Assembly: GCA_015063785.1 (NCBI GenBank) | Contig: SVTM01000008.1 | Coordinates: 12,406 to 76,405, forward strand | Source of the DNA: Oscillospiraceae bacterium | Lineage (GTDB): Bacteria > Bacillota > Clostridia > Oscillospirales > CAG-382 | Length of the DNA: 64,000 bases | Direction: 5' to 3' | In this document: positions 53,888-62,105 of the stretch, piece after piece | Layout of the letters: each line of letters begins with the position of its first letter | Numbering within the stretch: position 1 is the first letter of the stretch | The notes under the pieces: model-generated | Databases searched by the model: none | The model's input: only the letters and a program-made list of their open reading frames with translations | What the model was told of the DNA's origin: nothing | Made by a program: the position numbers and the translations under genes

Positions 53888-54982
53888 TCAGCGCACAAGC
53901 AACGTCTTGATGTTTTTGCCGCTTTTGGCATCTGCCACCGCTTCATTTATCTTTTCAATGGGATAATAGCTTGATATCTCGCGTACCATGGGAAAAACAT
54001 CCTCGTTTTTGCTCATAAATTCCACGTATTTTTCAACGTCACACACGGAATACTGGGAAGAACCGATGATATGAAGCGCCTTGAAGGTAATAAGTTGGGG
54101 CGAAAGTTCCACTGTTCCCGAAGCGCTGTATTGACCCGGAACAAGATACACTCCGCGGTTGCGCAGAATATCGATGCCCTGAATAAACGCCTGCGGTGCG
54201 CCCGAAGCTTCAAAGCAAAGGTCAACTCCGATACCGCCGTTTTCTGACTGCAAAGCTTTTATAACGTTTTCGGCGCCATCCTTTGAAAGGCTAAAGACCT
54301 TGTCTGCACCAATTTTTTTTGCCATTTCATCACGCTTTTCGTTTGCACCGGCAATGATGACATAAACCTTCTTGACACCAAGCTTTTTAAGGTACATGGT
54401 GGCAAATGCACCCACGGGGCCAAATCCTTGAACCACGGCACAATCGATCTTTGAAAGGTCAACGCCCGCTTTTGCCGCCAGCGAAAAGGCGTGTATCGCC
54501 GTGGGACCGGGGCAGGCAAAAACTGCCGCCGCCGAAGGATCAACGTTTTTCGGCAATTTTATAAGATTTGTAAGCGGAGTAAAATTCACCTGCGTGTATC
54601 CGCCGTAAAGATATGGAGGCTCGTCGATGCTTCCGCCGTTTGTTACCGCCATATTCACACAGTTGGCATCATCGCCGTTTTCGCACAGCTTGCATTTTCC
54701 GCAAGGAACAGCAATGTCGGCAATAACGGCATCGCCTTTGGAAAGGCCGTATTTTTCCGCCTCTTTTTCGTCAACGTCAATTATACGTCCCACAAATTCA
54801 TGACCTATTATCGAAGGATATGAAACGCCGAGCTTTCCGTTGTGCATGTGGATATCGGTTCCGCAGATGCCGCTGGCAATGATCTCCATTGCGGCATAGC
54901 CCGACGGTGCTTTCACCACGTCAAATTCGCGTATATCAAAATCCTTGTGTGCTCCCATAAATACTGCAGCCTTTGCTTTCAT
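53888..54982 (-). CDS. zinc-dependent medium-chain alcohol/polyol dehydrogenase
   Basis: GICGTDIHMHNG and GHEFVGRI zinc-ligand motifs, a structural-zinc Cys cluster (CGKCKLCENGDDANC) and Rossmann VVQGFGPVG. It starts 28 nt after the GRE2 stop. Confidence 0.85.
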   Translation of the reverse strand: MKAKAAVFMGAHKDFDIREFDVVKAPSGYAAMEIIASGICGTDIHMHNGKLGVSYPSIIGHEFVGRIIDVDEKEAEKYGLSKGDAVIADIAVPCGKCKLCENGDDANCVNMAVTNGGSIDEPPYLYGGYTQVNFTPLTNLIKLPKNVDPSAAAVFACPGPTAIHAFSLAAKAGVDLSKIDCAVVQGFGPVGAFATMYLKKLGVKKVYVIIAGANEKRDEMAKKIGADKVFSLSKDGAENVIKALQSENGGIGVDLCFEASGAPQAFIQGIDILRNRGVYLVPGQYSASGTVELSPQLITFKALHIIGSSQYSVCDVEKYVEFMSKNEDVFPMVREISSYYPIEKINEAVADAKSGKNIKTLLVR

Positions 54983-55010
54983 GATATATACTCCTTTTTG
55001 TTTTCGATTT

Positions 55011-57116
55011 TTATTCGTGCTGGGTACGGTTGAGGATATCTTTTTGCACTTCCTTTGAAAGATTCACGTATATTGCCGAGAATCCCGACACTCTCACCAC
55101 AAGATTTTTGTAATTTTCCGGATGCACCATCGCTTTTTCCAGGGTATCTCTCGATGTGGCATTTATCTGTATCTCCTGACCGCCAAGCTTAAAATACGTC
55201 CTCACCATAGCCCGCAGCTTTGCAAGGTTGTTATCCGAAAAGCTCGAGGGGGAATATTTTTGATTGACCACGCTTCCGCAGGCAACCTTGGTATAATCGG
55301 GCTTGGAAACACTTTTTATCGCGGCGGTGGCGCCGTTTGAATCCCTTCCGTAGGTGGGAGAAGCGGCATCTGACAAAGGTTCGCCGCGATGTCTTCCGTC
55401 GGGGGTCGCGTTTATCGTCTGACCGGCATATATATTACTCACATTTGCCGCCGCGGCTATATATATACCTCCGCCGTCGCGGGTCTTGTATTTTTCAAAA
55501 ACTCCGGCGAGAAAATCTATGAACCAAACGGCATATTTGTCAACAAAATCATCGTCATTTCCGTATTTGGGTGCCAAAACAAGCTTTCTGCGCAATTCCT
55601 CATATCCATCAAAATCCGCATTCAGCGCAGCTTTCAGTTCGGAAAGAGATGCGCTTTTGTCTTCAAACACCACTTTTTCTATGGCGGCAAGAGAGTCAGC
55701 GGTGGTTCCGATACCCATGAGTGCCACTCCATGCACCGAAGGATAGACAGAGCCGCCGTCGTTTATATCAAGACCTCTGCCGATGCAGTCATGGCAGAAA
55801 CAGGACAAAAAGGGCTCGGGGAAATATTTTTGGTTGATCTTGTTGTTGCAATTATTGAAGGACGCCATATATGCCGACGCTGAATATTCAAGCTGTTTTT
55901 CAAAAGCAGCCATAAATTCTTCCATCGACTTTATATCTTCCACATTTCCCATATCAAGTCCCATTGATCCGTCGATCTTGCAAACTCCGTTGTTGAAGAT
56001 ATAATCAAAGCAGCGCGGCGGATCAAAACGTCCGTCAGACCACGGCGGCTGCATACCCGTGATGAAATTTTCAATACAACCTACCATTGAGTAATTGTAT
56101 ATATCCTTTTCGGCATAACCGTATTTTTTCAAGGCGGCAATGTTTATATCATCATTCATCATAGCGGGATATCCAAGGCCTGTGCCAATGGTTTTTAAGC
56201 ATTCGTCAAGAAAATCGTCCGGCAAATTTTCAGTATAGCGCAACGAAAGATTGGGGCCGGGAACATTACAGTTTTTAACAGCTTTCAGAATACAGCAAGA
56301 CAGCCTGTTTATATCACAGCTTCCGTCGGGACTTTTACCGCCGATACAGATATTCACCACGTCGTTCTGAAGTTTTATAAATACGTTTTCAAGAAGTCCT
56401 GTTGCCTGATCTTCTGTTAAAATCCCTTTTTCAATATCGGCGGCAAAAAAAGGATACAAATATTGATCAAGCCTTCCCAGCGCCATGGCATAGCGCTCTT
56501 CCATCAAAAAGGCGGTGTGACAGAACCACACGAGTTGGAGCGCCTGAGCAAAGCTTTGTGGGCGTTCCGAAGCAACTGCACGGCAATTACCGATCATATA
56601 ATCAAGATATTCATCGTTGTATCCGTCTTTGTCCTTACACCTTTCTGCCTCGTCGGCATAACGGGAAATAAGGTGTGAAAAAGCACACATTGTTTTTCGC
56701 ATTCCCGAAAGGGTTTCGAGCTTTTCAGGATCGTGGGAATACTCCTTCAGCGATGAATCTATCTTTTCAATGATCCCATTTATACCCAGCGTAAGTATTT
56801 GATCGTAATTGGGAGCATAATGATCTTTGTTGGTAATAAAATCACGACTGCCAAAGCCATCAACAACCTTTTTTGCCGCGGCAAGTGTTTGATCATCCTT
56901 GTCGGTGTAAAGCAGTTTTGTATTTCCTGCGATGATCTCGTTTTTCAAAACCACAGGTGCAGTCTTTTCAAAAAGCGCACATATCCCGTTTGCCCGAAGC
57001 TTTGCGGGACACGCCGCAAGATCCTGTGCATAGCCGATGTATCGGAAATAATACGGGGCAAATATGCCACAGGATTCTTCACATAATTCGTTGTTAAGTT
57101 TTTCAAAAAGCTTCAT
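55011..57116 (-). CDS. glycyl radical enzyme, short form (GRE2), no adjacent activase
   Basis: GAGGGA RBS before ATG 57116. Glycyl motif VVRVSGFSAIY (Gly codon 55083..55085). Thiyl loop MVGCIENF (Cys codon 56076..56078). About 701 aa. Confidence 0.85.
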   Translation of the reverse strand: MKLFEKLNNELCEESCGIFAPYYFRYIGYAQDLAACPAKLRANGICALFEKTAPVVLKNEIIAGNTKLLYTDKDDQTLAAAKKVVDGFGSRDFITNKDHYAPNYDQILTLGINGIIEKIDSSLKEYSHDPEKLETLSGMRKTMCAFSHLISRYADEAERCKDKDGYNDEYLDYMIGNCRAVASERPQSFAQALQLVWFCHTAFLMEERYAMALGRLDQYLYPFFAADIEKGILTEDQATGLLENVFIKLQNDVVNICIGGKSPDGSCDINRLSCCILKAVKNCNVPGPNLSLRYTENLPDDFLDECLKTIGTGLGYPAMMNDDINIAALKKYGYAEKDIYNYSMVGCIENFITGMQPPWSDGRFDPPRCFDYIFNNGVCKIDGSMGLDMGNVEDIKSMEEFMAAFEKQLEYSASAYMASFNNCNNKINQKYFPEPFLSCFCHDCIGRGLDINDGGSVYPSVHGVALMGIGTTADSLAAIEKVVFEDKSASLSELKAALNADFDGYEELRRKLVLAPKYGNDDDFVDKYAVWFIDFLAGVFEKYKTRDGGGIYIAAAANVSNIYAGQTINATPDGRHRGEPLSDAASPTYGRDSNGATAAIKSVSKPDYTKVACGSVVNQKYSPSSFSDNNLAKLRAMVRTYFKLGGQEIQINATSRDTLEKAMVHPENYKNLVVRVSGFSAIYVNLSKEVQKDILNRTQHE

Positions 57117-57241
57117 GAGAGATCCCTCGTTTCTCATATATTCTTTATTTTCATTTTACCATTTCAAAAAAACTTGTAAATAGACGCAATTAACATTCTT
57201 GACAAAATTAATATTATTTGTTAAACTTGATATGAGGTGGT

Positions 57242-58041
57242 ATGATGAAAAAGATCGAGGCTTTAACAATGCCAGAATTACACTTTGCCCATAGATTTGA
57301 GGCAGAATCCTACAAGCATTCTTTTGTCAACACAGGTGAGCTTCTTGAAATAACATATATTGCAGAAGGCTCGTTGAACATAAATATCGGCAACGAAACC
57401 TTTAAAGCAAACAAGGGCGATATCATCTGCTTTTTTCACGACGAAGGAGCAACAGTCACCTCCGATTCCTTTCATCGGCCCACACGGTCGGAGCATCATT
57501 TGACTACTGCTGTTCCGAAAGCCCCGACAGCATACATCTGCCGCTGATAGTTTGCGAAAAAAACGGCACAGACAAGATCTGCCGCATGATCGACGAGATA
57601 ATAGGTGACAGCGCCGCTATGAAAGCATCTTGCACAAAATTCGCCGCAAGATTTTTCGGTCTGCTTCTGAACATCGATGCGGTTTACAAAAGATGTGTTC
57701 TTCTTGTTCCCGGAGAAGAGCTTTACGTCAGAAAAATAAAGGAGTACGTAAACAGCAATATCCATCTGCCCATATCCCAAAAAAACGCCGCAGAGCATCT
57801 TGGAATATCCCCCGGATATCTTTGTAATATATTCAAAAAAAATACGGGCATACCATTTATGAAATACGTCAACAGAATAAAGCTTGAAAATATCAAATCA
57901 ATAATGGACAGAGAAAATATTCCTCTTTACAAAGCCGCCTCACTGTACGGGTATTCCGACGCCAACTATGTCAGCAGGCTTTATTCGCAGATGTTTGGGT
58001 ATAGTATAACAAAAAAGCTCAATTCTGCAAAGGAGATATGA
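57242..58041 (+). pseudogene. AraC family regulator interrupted by a frameshift (or sequencing error)
   Basis: The cupin half is in frame 2 (57242..57547, sensible up to ...GATVTSDSFH). The HTH half is in frame 1 (open from 57406; ...HTVGASFDYCCSESPDSIHLPLIVCEKNG...MIDEIIG to 58041). The frames switch around 57470..57482, consistent with a 1-nt deletion. Confidence 0.6.
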
Positions 58042-58067
58042 AACAACCATACACAAGAGCATATGAT

Positions 58068-58098
58068 AAAAAGGAGCTGCAAACTGCAGCTCCTTTTT
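58068..58098. terminator. bidirectional terminator (AraC pseudogene / bcp convergent)
   Basis: AAAAAGGAGCTGCA-aac-TGCAGCTCCTTTTT. Confidence 0.8.
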
Positions 58099-58104
58099 AT
58101 TTTT

Positions 58105-58569
58105 TTATTTATCCAGTTCGGCAAGTATCTCGGCGGCGTTGGTGTCGGGTTTTACCTTGGGCATGATCTTTTCGATATTGCCCTTTTCGTCAATGATAAA
58201 TGTGGTGCGGACAACGCCAAAGCCCAACTTTCCGCAAAGCTTCTTTTCCTGCCACACATCATATGCCTTGATCGCCAAAAGGTCGGGGTCAGAAAGAAGC
58301 ACAAAGGGAAGATCGTATTTCTGTGCAAATTTTACGTGGGAGGCAACGCTGTCCTTGCTGATGCCGATGACCTCGACGTTCAAAGTTTTGAATCTCGCAT
58401 ATGCACCTGCAAACGCGCACGCCTGACGGGTGCAACCTGGGGTGTTGTCTTTGGGATAAAAATATAAAACAACCTTTTTGCCAAGAAAGTCCGAAAGCGA
58501 AACGCTCTTTCCGTCCTTGTCAAAAAGTGTGAAATCGGGTGCCTTTGCACCAACTGTAAGATTGCTCAT
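58105..58569 (-). CDS. bcp: thiol peroxidase / peroxiredoxin Bcp
   Basis: FYPKDNTPGCTRQACAF is the Bcp-type peroxidatic Cys motif. 154 aa. Confidence 0.9.
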   Translation of the reverse strand: MSNLTVGAKAPDFTLFDKDGKSVSLSDFLGKKVVLYFYPKDNTPGCTRQACAFAGAYARFKTLNVEVIGISKDSVASHVKFAQKYDLPFVLLSDPDLLAIKAYDVWQEKKLCGKLGFGVVRTTFIIDEKGNIEKIMPKVKPDTNAAEILAELDK

Positions 58570-58677
58570 GGTTTTTCTCCTTTTCGGGTTTCTTTTATAT
58601 GTTTATGATATCATAATCGCGGCAGTGTGTCAAGGGGATCCCGCGGTGCGGTCTTTTCGGTTGGGTACCCTTGCCTT

Positions 58678-59517
58678 TTACCTTTCGGGCAAATAAAGCC
58701 TTTTGTATTCAGCGGGCGTTTTGTTAAAACACGCTTTGAAGCATTTTGAAAAATAAGCGGGGTCAGAAAATCCGCACGCTTTTCCTATTTCATTGATAGA
58801 AAGATTGGATTGCAACAACATATTCTTGGCATAAAACAATCTTGTTTCGTTAAGGTAGTGATTTGGAGTGGTGGAAAGCTCTTTTTTGAAAAGACGTATC
58901 AAATAGCTTTTGTTCAGATGCACTTCTCCCGATATGTCATCAAGGGATATGTTTTTTTGATAATTTTCGTTTATAAAACGGCACGCTCTTTCGATATGGC
59001 TTTTTTGCGAGGCTTCTACCACCTTTCTTTTATATCTGTGCACGTCGCTCAAAACCAGAAGCAAAAACTCTGTGATATACTTTTTTTGTTCTTCGGGATT
59101 GATTATGCTCGGATATGAACAGCTTATCATTCTTTTATAAATTTCAAGCAATTCTTCCTGATGGTACGGGTAAAAAGTATCGGGGATCTCGTCGAGCAAA
59201 GGCATTTCCACCGTCGGCTGCTGCGGAGTATCTCTGTGTCTCAGATATACGTCGGGCGGAATGTTGACGGTGTGGCTGAAATCAAGAGAAAGTGTATAAC
59301 AGTCGTAATCTCCGTATCCGACAACTATCTGACCCGGCTTTCTGAATACCAGAATACCTTTTGATATTTTATGATATCGGTCATCTATGTACATATCTCT
59401 TTCGCCGCTTAAATAAAAATCAAATTCGTAATCTTTAACACGGCGCATGTTTTTTATCGTGCTTTTCAGCTTGAAGTGATTGCATTGCAAAATGGTTGGA
59501 ATTATGAATTCTGACAT
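58678..59517 (-). CDS. AraC family transcriptional regulator
   Basis: GGGGGAGG RBS before ATG 59517. C-terminal HTH (LDDISGEVHLNKSYLIRLFKKELSTTPNHYL...GFSDPAYFSKCFKACFNKTPAEYK). Confidence 0.85.
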   Translation of the reverse strand: MSEFIIPTILQCNHFKLKSTIKNMRRVKDYEFDFYLSGERDMYIDDRYHKISKGILVFRKPGQIVVGYGDYDCYTLSLDFSHTVNIPPDVYLRHRDTPQQPTVEMPLLDEIPDTFYPYHQEELLEIYKRMISCSYPSIINPEEQKKYITEFLLLVLSDVHRYKRKVVEASQKSHIERACRFINENYQKNISLDDISGEVHLNKSYLIRLFKKELSTTPNHYLNETRLFYAKNMLLQSNLSINEIGKACGFSDPAYFSKCFKACFNKTPAEYKRLYLPER

Positions 59518-59647
59518 TTTCCTCCCCCTTTTTCTCAAGTATAATCCCGCGAAAACCAAATGTCAATATTTTTATATAAAAAGCACATTTTGTTGATTGA
59601 CTTTTTGCAAATAAAGGTATAAATTTATAGAAAAGAGATCGTGAAAG

Positions 59648-60610
59648 GTGGACAAAACAAGCTTGGGCAATATATATCTTGCCGCAGATTCCGGCGGCAG
59701 CAAAACCGTTTTTTTACTTGTGGACGAAAAAGGAACCGTATTAACCGAAGTAAAAACCGAAGGTATGGGGGCGGTCAGGGCAGGCGTGTTACCCATACGC
59801 GATATTATAAAAACAGCAAAAGAAAAAATTGATATTTTCGGCAAGCCGAAGGCGATCTTTTTATCCCTGGGCGGACCAAACACAAAAGAAGTTTATGATG
59901 AATTATCGACCGCATGGGAAAATATCCCCGTAGAAGTGGAACGTGAAGCCTGCGGCAACTCCATATTGAGAGCGGCAAAATATCTGGGGTGTTCCTCTTT
60001 TGTCATGTGCGGTACGGGAAGTACCGCGGTGGGGTTCAAGAACAACAAAAAAGTTTTTGCAGGAGGCTGGGGCCCCACATACGGCGACGGAGGCTCGGGC
60101 GGCGGAATCGGAAGCGAAGCTTTGAAAAAATTTTTGAGGCATCTGGACGGGTTTGATGATATAGGCGAGCTTTCGCAAATCTTTTCGGACGTAACCGACG
60201 GGCTTGATATTGAAAAATTTGAAGACCGAATGGAAGCAAAACAAAGAGCCCTTGACATAAGCAGAAGAGAGCTTGCGGCTCTGGCTCCGCAGATCTATCT
60301 TTTGGCGTTAAAGGGCAACAAATGCGCAAAAGAGCTGTATGCAAACGCCGCGCAAGAGATTGCCCTTATGGCAGATGCGGTTTGTGACAACGACAAGAAA
60401 AGTGCTGTGCTTATTTGCGGCGGTTTTTTTAAAAACAAGCCCGAATTTGTTTCGCAATGTGTAAAAGAATTTTCGCAAAAAAACGCGGCAACCCTTATCT
60501 ATAACGAATTTTTCAGTCCCATTGCGGCGGCTACGATATCTGTGCTTGTAAACAACACAGACGCGGATGAAAAAGTGATAAGAAAAATTATAAACGGAGG
60601 TACTGTATAA
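59648..60610 (+). CDS. BadF/BadG/BcrA/BcrD-type ATPase (N-acetylhexosamine kinase-like)
   Basis: ASKHA phosphate-1 motif YLAADSGGSKTVFLLVD, then GTGSTAVG and GGWGPTYGDGGSG blocks, as in GlcNAc-kinase-like proteins. GTG start. Confidence 0.7.
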   Translation: MDKTSLGNIYLAADSGGSKTVFLLVDEKGTVLTEVKTEGMGAVRAGVLPIRDIIKTAKEKIDIFGKPKAIFLSLGGPNTKEVYDELSTAWENIPVEVEREACGNSILRAAKYLGCSSFVMCGTGSTAVGFKNNKKVFAGGWGPTYGDGGSGGGIGSEALKKFLRHLDGFDDIGELSQIFSDVTDGLDIEKFEDRMEAKQRALDISRRELAALAPQIYLLALKGNKCAKELYANAAQEIALMADAVCDNDKKSAVLICGGFFKNKPEFVSQCVKEFSQKNAATLIYNEFFSPIAAATISVLVNNTDADEKVIRKIINGGTV

Positions 60611-60611
60611 A

Positions 60612-61307
60612 ATGGACAATGTAATTGAAAAACTCAAAGGCGGACTTATAGTTTCGTGTCAGGCTCGCCCCGGAAACCCATTAAGAGGGGCATCTCACAT
60701 GGCGGCAATGGCAAAAGCCGCCGCTCTCGGAGGAGCAAAAGCCATTCGTGCAGACGGCCCTGATGATATTGCCGCAATAAAAAGCGTGGTGGATCTTCCG
60801 ATCATCGGAATATACAAAACACAGCCGTCTCCCGAAATTCCATATATCACGCCTGATTTTGAACACGCAAAAGCGATTGCCGACCTCGGGGTTGAAATTG
60901 TTGCCGTTGATGCAACAAAAAGACCTCGCCCTGACGGCACAAATCCATGGGATCTTATCGCAAGAATAAAAAAAGAGCTCGGAGTGTTGGTTATGGCAGA
61001 CATTGCGACCTACGAGGAAGGAGTTCTTGCAGAAAAAGCAGGTGCCGATATAGTGGCAACTACCCTCAGCGGCTACACCACCTACACAACTCAAACAAAG
61101 GGACCCGATCTTGAGCTTGTTAAAAAACTCTCGGACACTCTTCGCGTTCCCGTGATTGCCGAAGGAAGATACGTTTCGCCGCAGGATCTTGCAGACGGGT
61201 TTGAAGCGGGAGCGCACGCTGTCGTTATAGGAAAGGCCATCACAAACGTCACCTTCATCACAGAGACATTGATAAAGGAGGCGCGTGAATGCTTACAGAA
61301 GAAATAA
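60612..61307 (+). CDS. nanE: N-acetylmannosamine-6-phosphate 2-epimerase
   Basis: GGLIVSCQARPGNPL, RADGPDDIAAIK and DLPIIGI blocks are typical NanE. GGAGG RBS. Confidence 0.85.
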   Translation: MDNVIEKLKGGLIVSCQARPGNPLRGASHMAAMAKAAALGGAKAIRADGPDDIAAIKSVVDLPIIGIYKTQPSPEIPYITPDFEHAKAIADLGVEIVAVDATKRPRPDGTNPWDLIARIKKELGVLVMADIATYEEGVLAEKAGADIVATTLSGYTTYTTQTKGPDLELVKKLSDTLRVPVIAEGRYVSPQDLADGFEAGAHAVVIGKAITNVTFITETLIKEARECLQKK

Positions 61308-62101
61308 ACGAAAAAAGCGTTGATATTGACAAAAAAAGCACCCTTGAAATGTTGCGCATCATAAACGAAGAAGACAAAACCGTTGCGTATGCGGTTGAAA
61401 AAGCCATTCCCCAAATCGAGGTGGCAATTGATGCCGTTTCGGAAAACATGAAAAACGGCGGTCGTCTGATCTATGTTGGCGCCGGAACCAGCGGCAGATT
61501 GGCGGTTCAGGATGCCGCAGAATGTACGGTTACTTACGGCGTTGAAAAAGGTACGGTAACGGCGATAATCGCCGGCGGAAAAAACGCCGTCTTCACTTCT
61601 TACGAAAACGTGGAGGATGATTTTGAAGCAGGCGCAAACGCCGTAAAAGAGCTTGATGTAACCGACAAGGACAGCATTGTCGGCATAAGCGCATCGGGCA
61701 CTGCGGCTTTTGTTTGCGGCGCATTGTCAGAAGGAAAAAGAGTCGGTTGTGTCACGATTGCTTTTTTGTGCAACGAGTCGGGCAGAATAACAGAATACGC
61801 CGATCATGCTATAAACGTAATAACAGGCCCCGAGGTGATCGGCGGTTCGACAAGAATGAAGGCGGGAACAGCGCAAAAACTGGTCTTGAATATGTTTAGC
61901 ACGATTGCCATGATAAAACTCGGCAGGGTAACGGGAAATCAGATGACCTACATGAAGCCGAGCAACAAAAAGCTTGTGAAAAGAGCAAGAAGCATTGTCG
62001 CTGAGGTTTGCAAAATTTCTTACGAGCAAGCAGACAGGCTTCTTTTGAAGTATGACAACGATATGCAAAAGGCCATCGAAGCTTTTGAAAAAGGAGAATA
62101 A
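61289..62101 (+). CDS. murQ: N-acetylmuramic acid 6-phosphate etherase-like SIS protein
   Basis: TEEINEKSVDIDKKSTLEMLRIINEED opening and the SIS block GGRLIYVGAGTSGRLAVQDAAEC are typical MurQ. It overlaps the nanE 3' end by 19 nt. Confidence 0.8.
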   Translation: MLTEEINEKSVDIDKKSTLEMLRIINEEDKTVAYAVEKAIPQIEVAIDAVSENMKNGGRLIYVGAGTSGRLAVQDAAECTVTYGVEKGTVTAIIAGGKNAVFTSYENVEDDFEAGANAVKELDVTDKDSIVGISASGTAAFVCGALSEGKRVGCVTIAFLCNESGRITEYADHAINVITGPEVIGGSTRMKAGTAQKLVLNMFSTIAMIKLGRVTGNQMTYMKPSNKKLVKRARSIVAEVCKISYEQADRLLLKYDNDMQKAIEAFEKGE

Positions 62102-62105
62102 AAAA

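Noticed and set aside
59641-59832. Alternative GTG start at 59641 (63-aa track ORF) versus GTG 59648 for the kinase gene.
   Set aside because: The 59641 frame gives an Arg/Lys/Gln-rich peptide that terminates early. The 59648 frame yields the ASKHA DSGGSKT motif and a full-length kinase-like protein.
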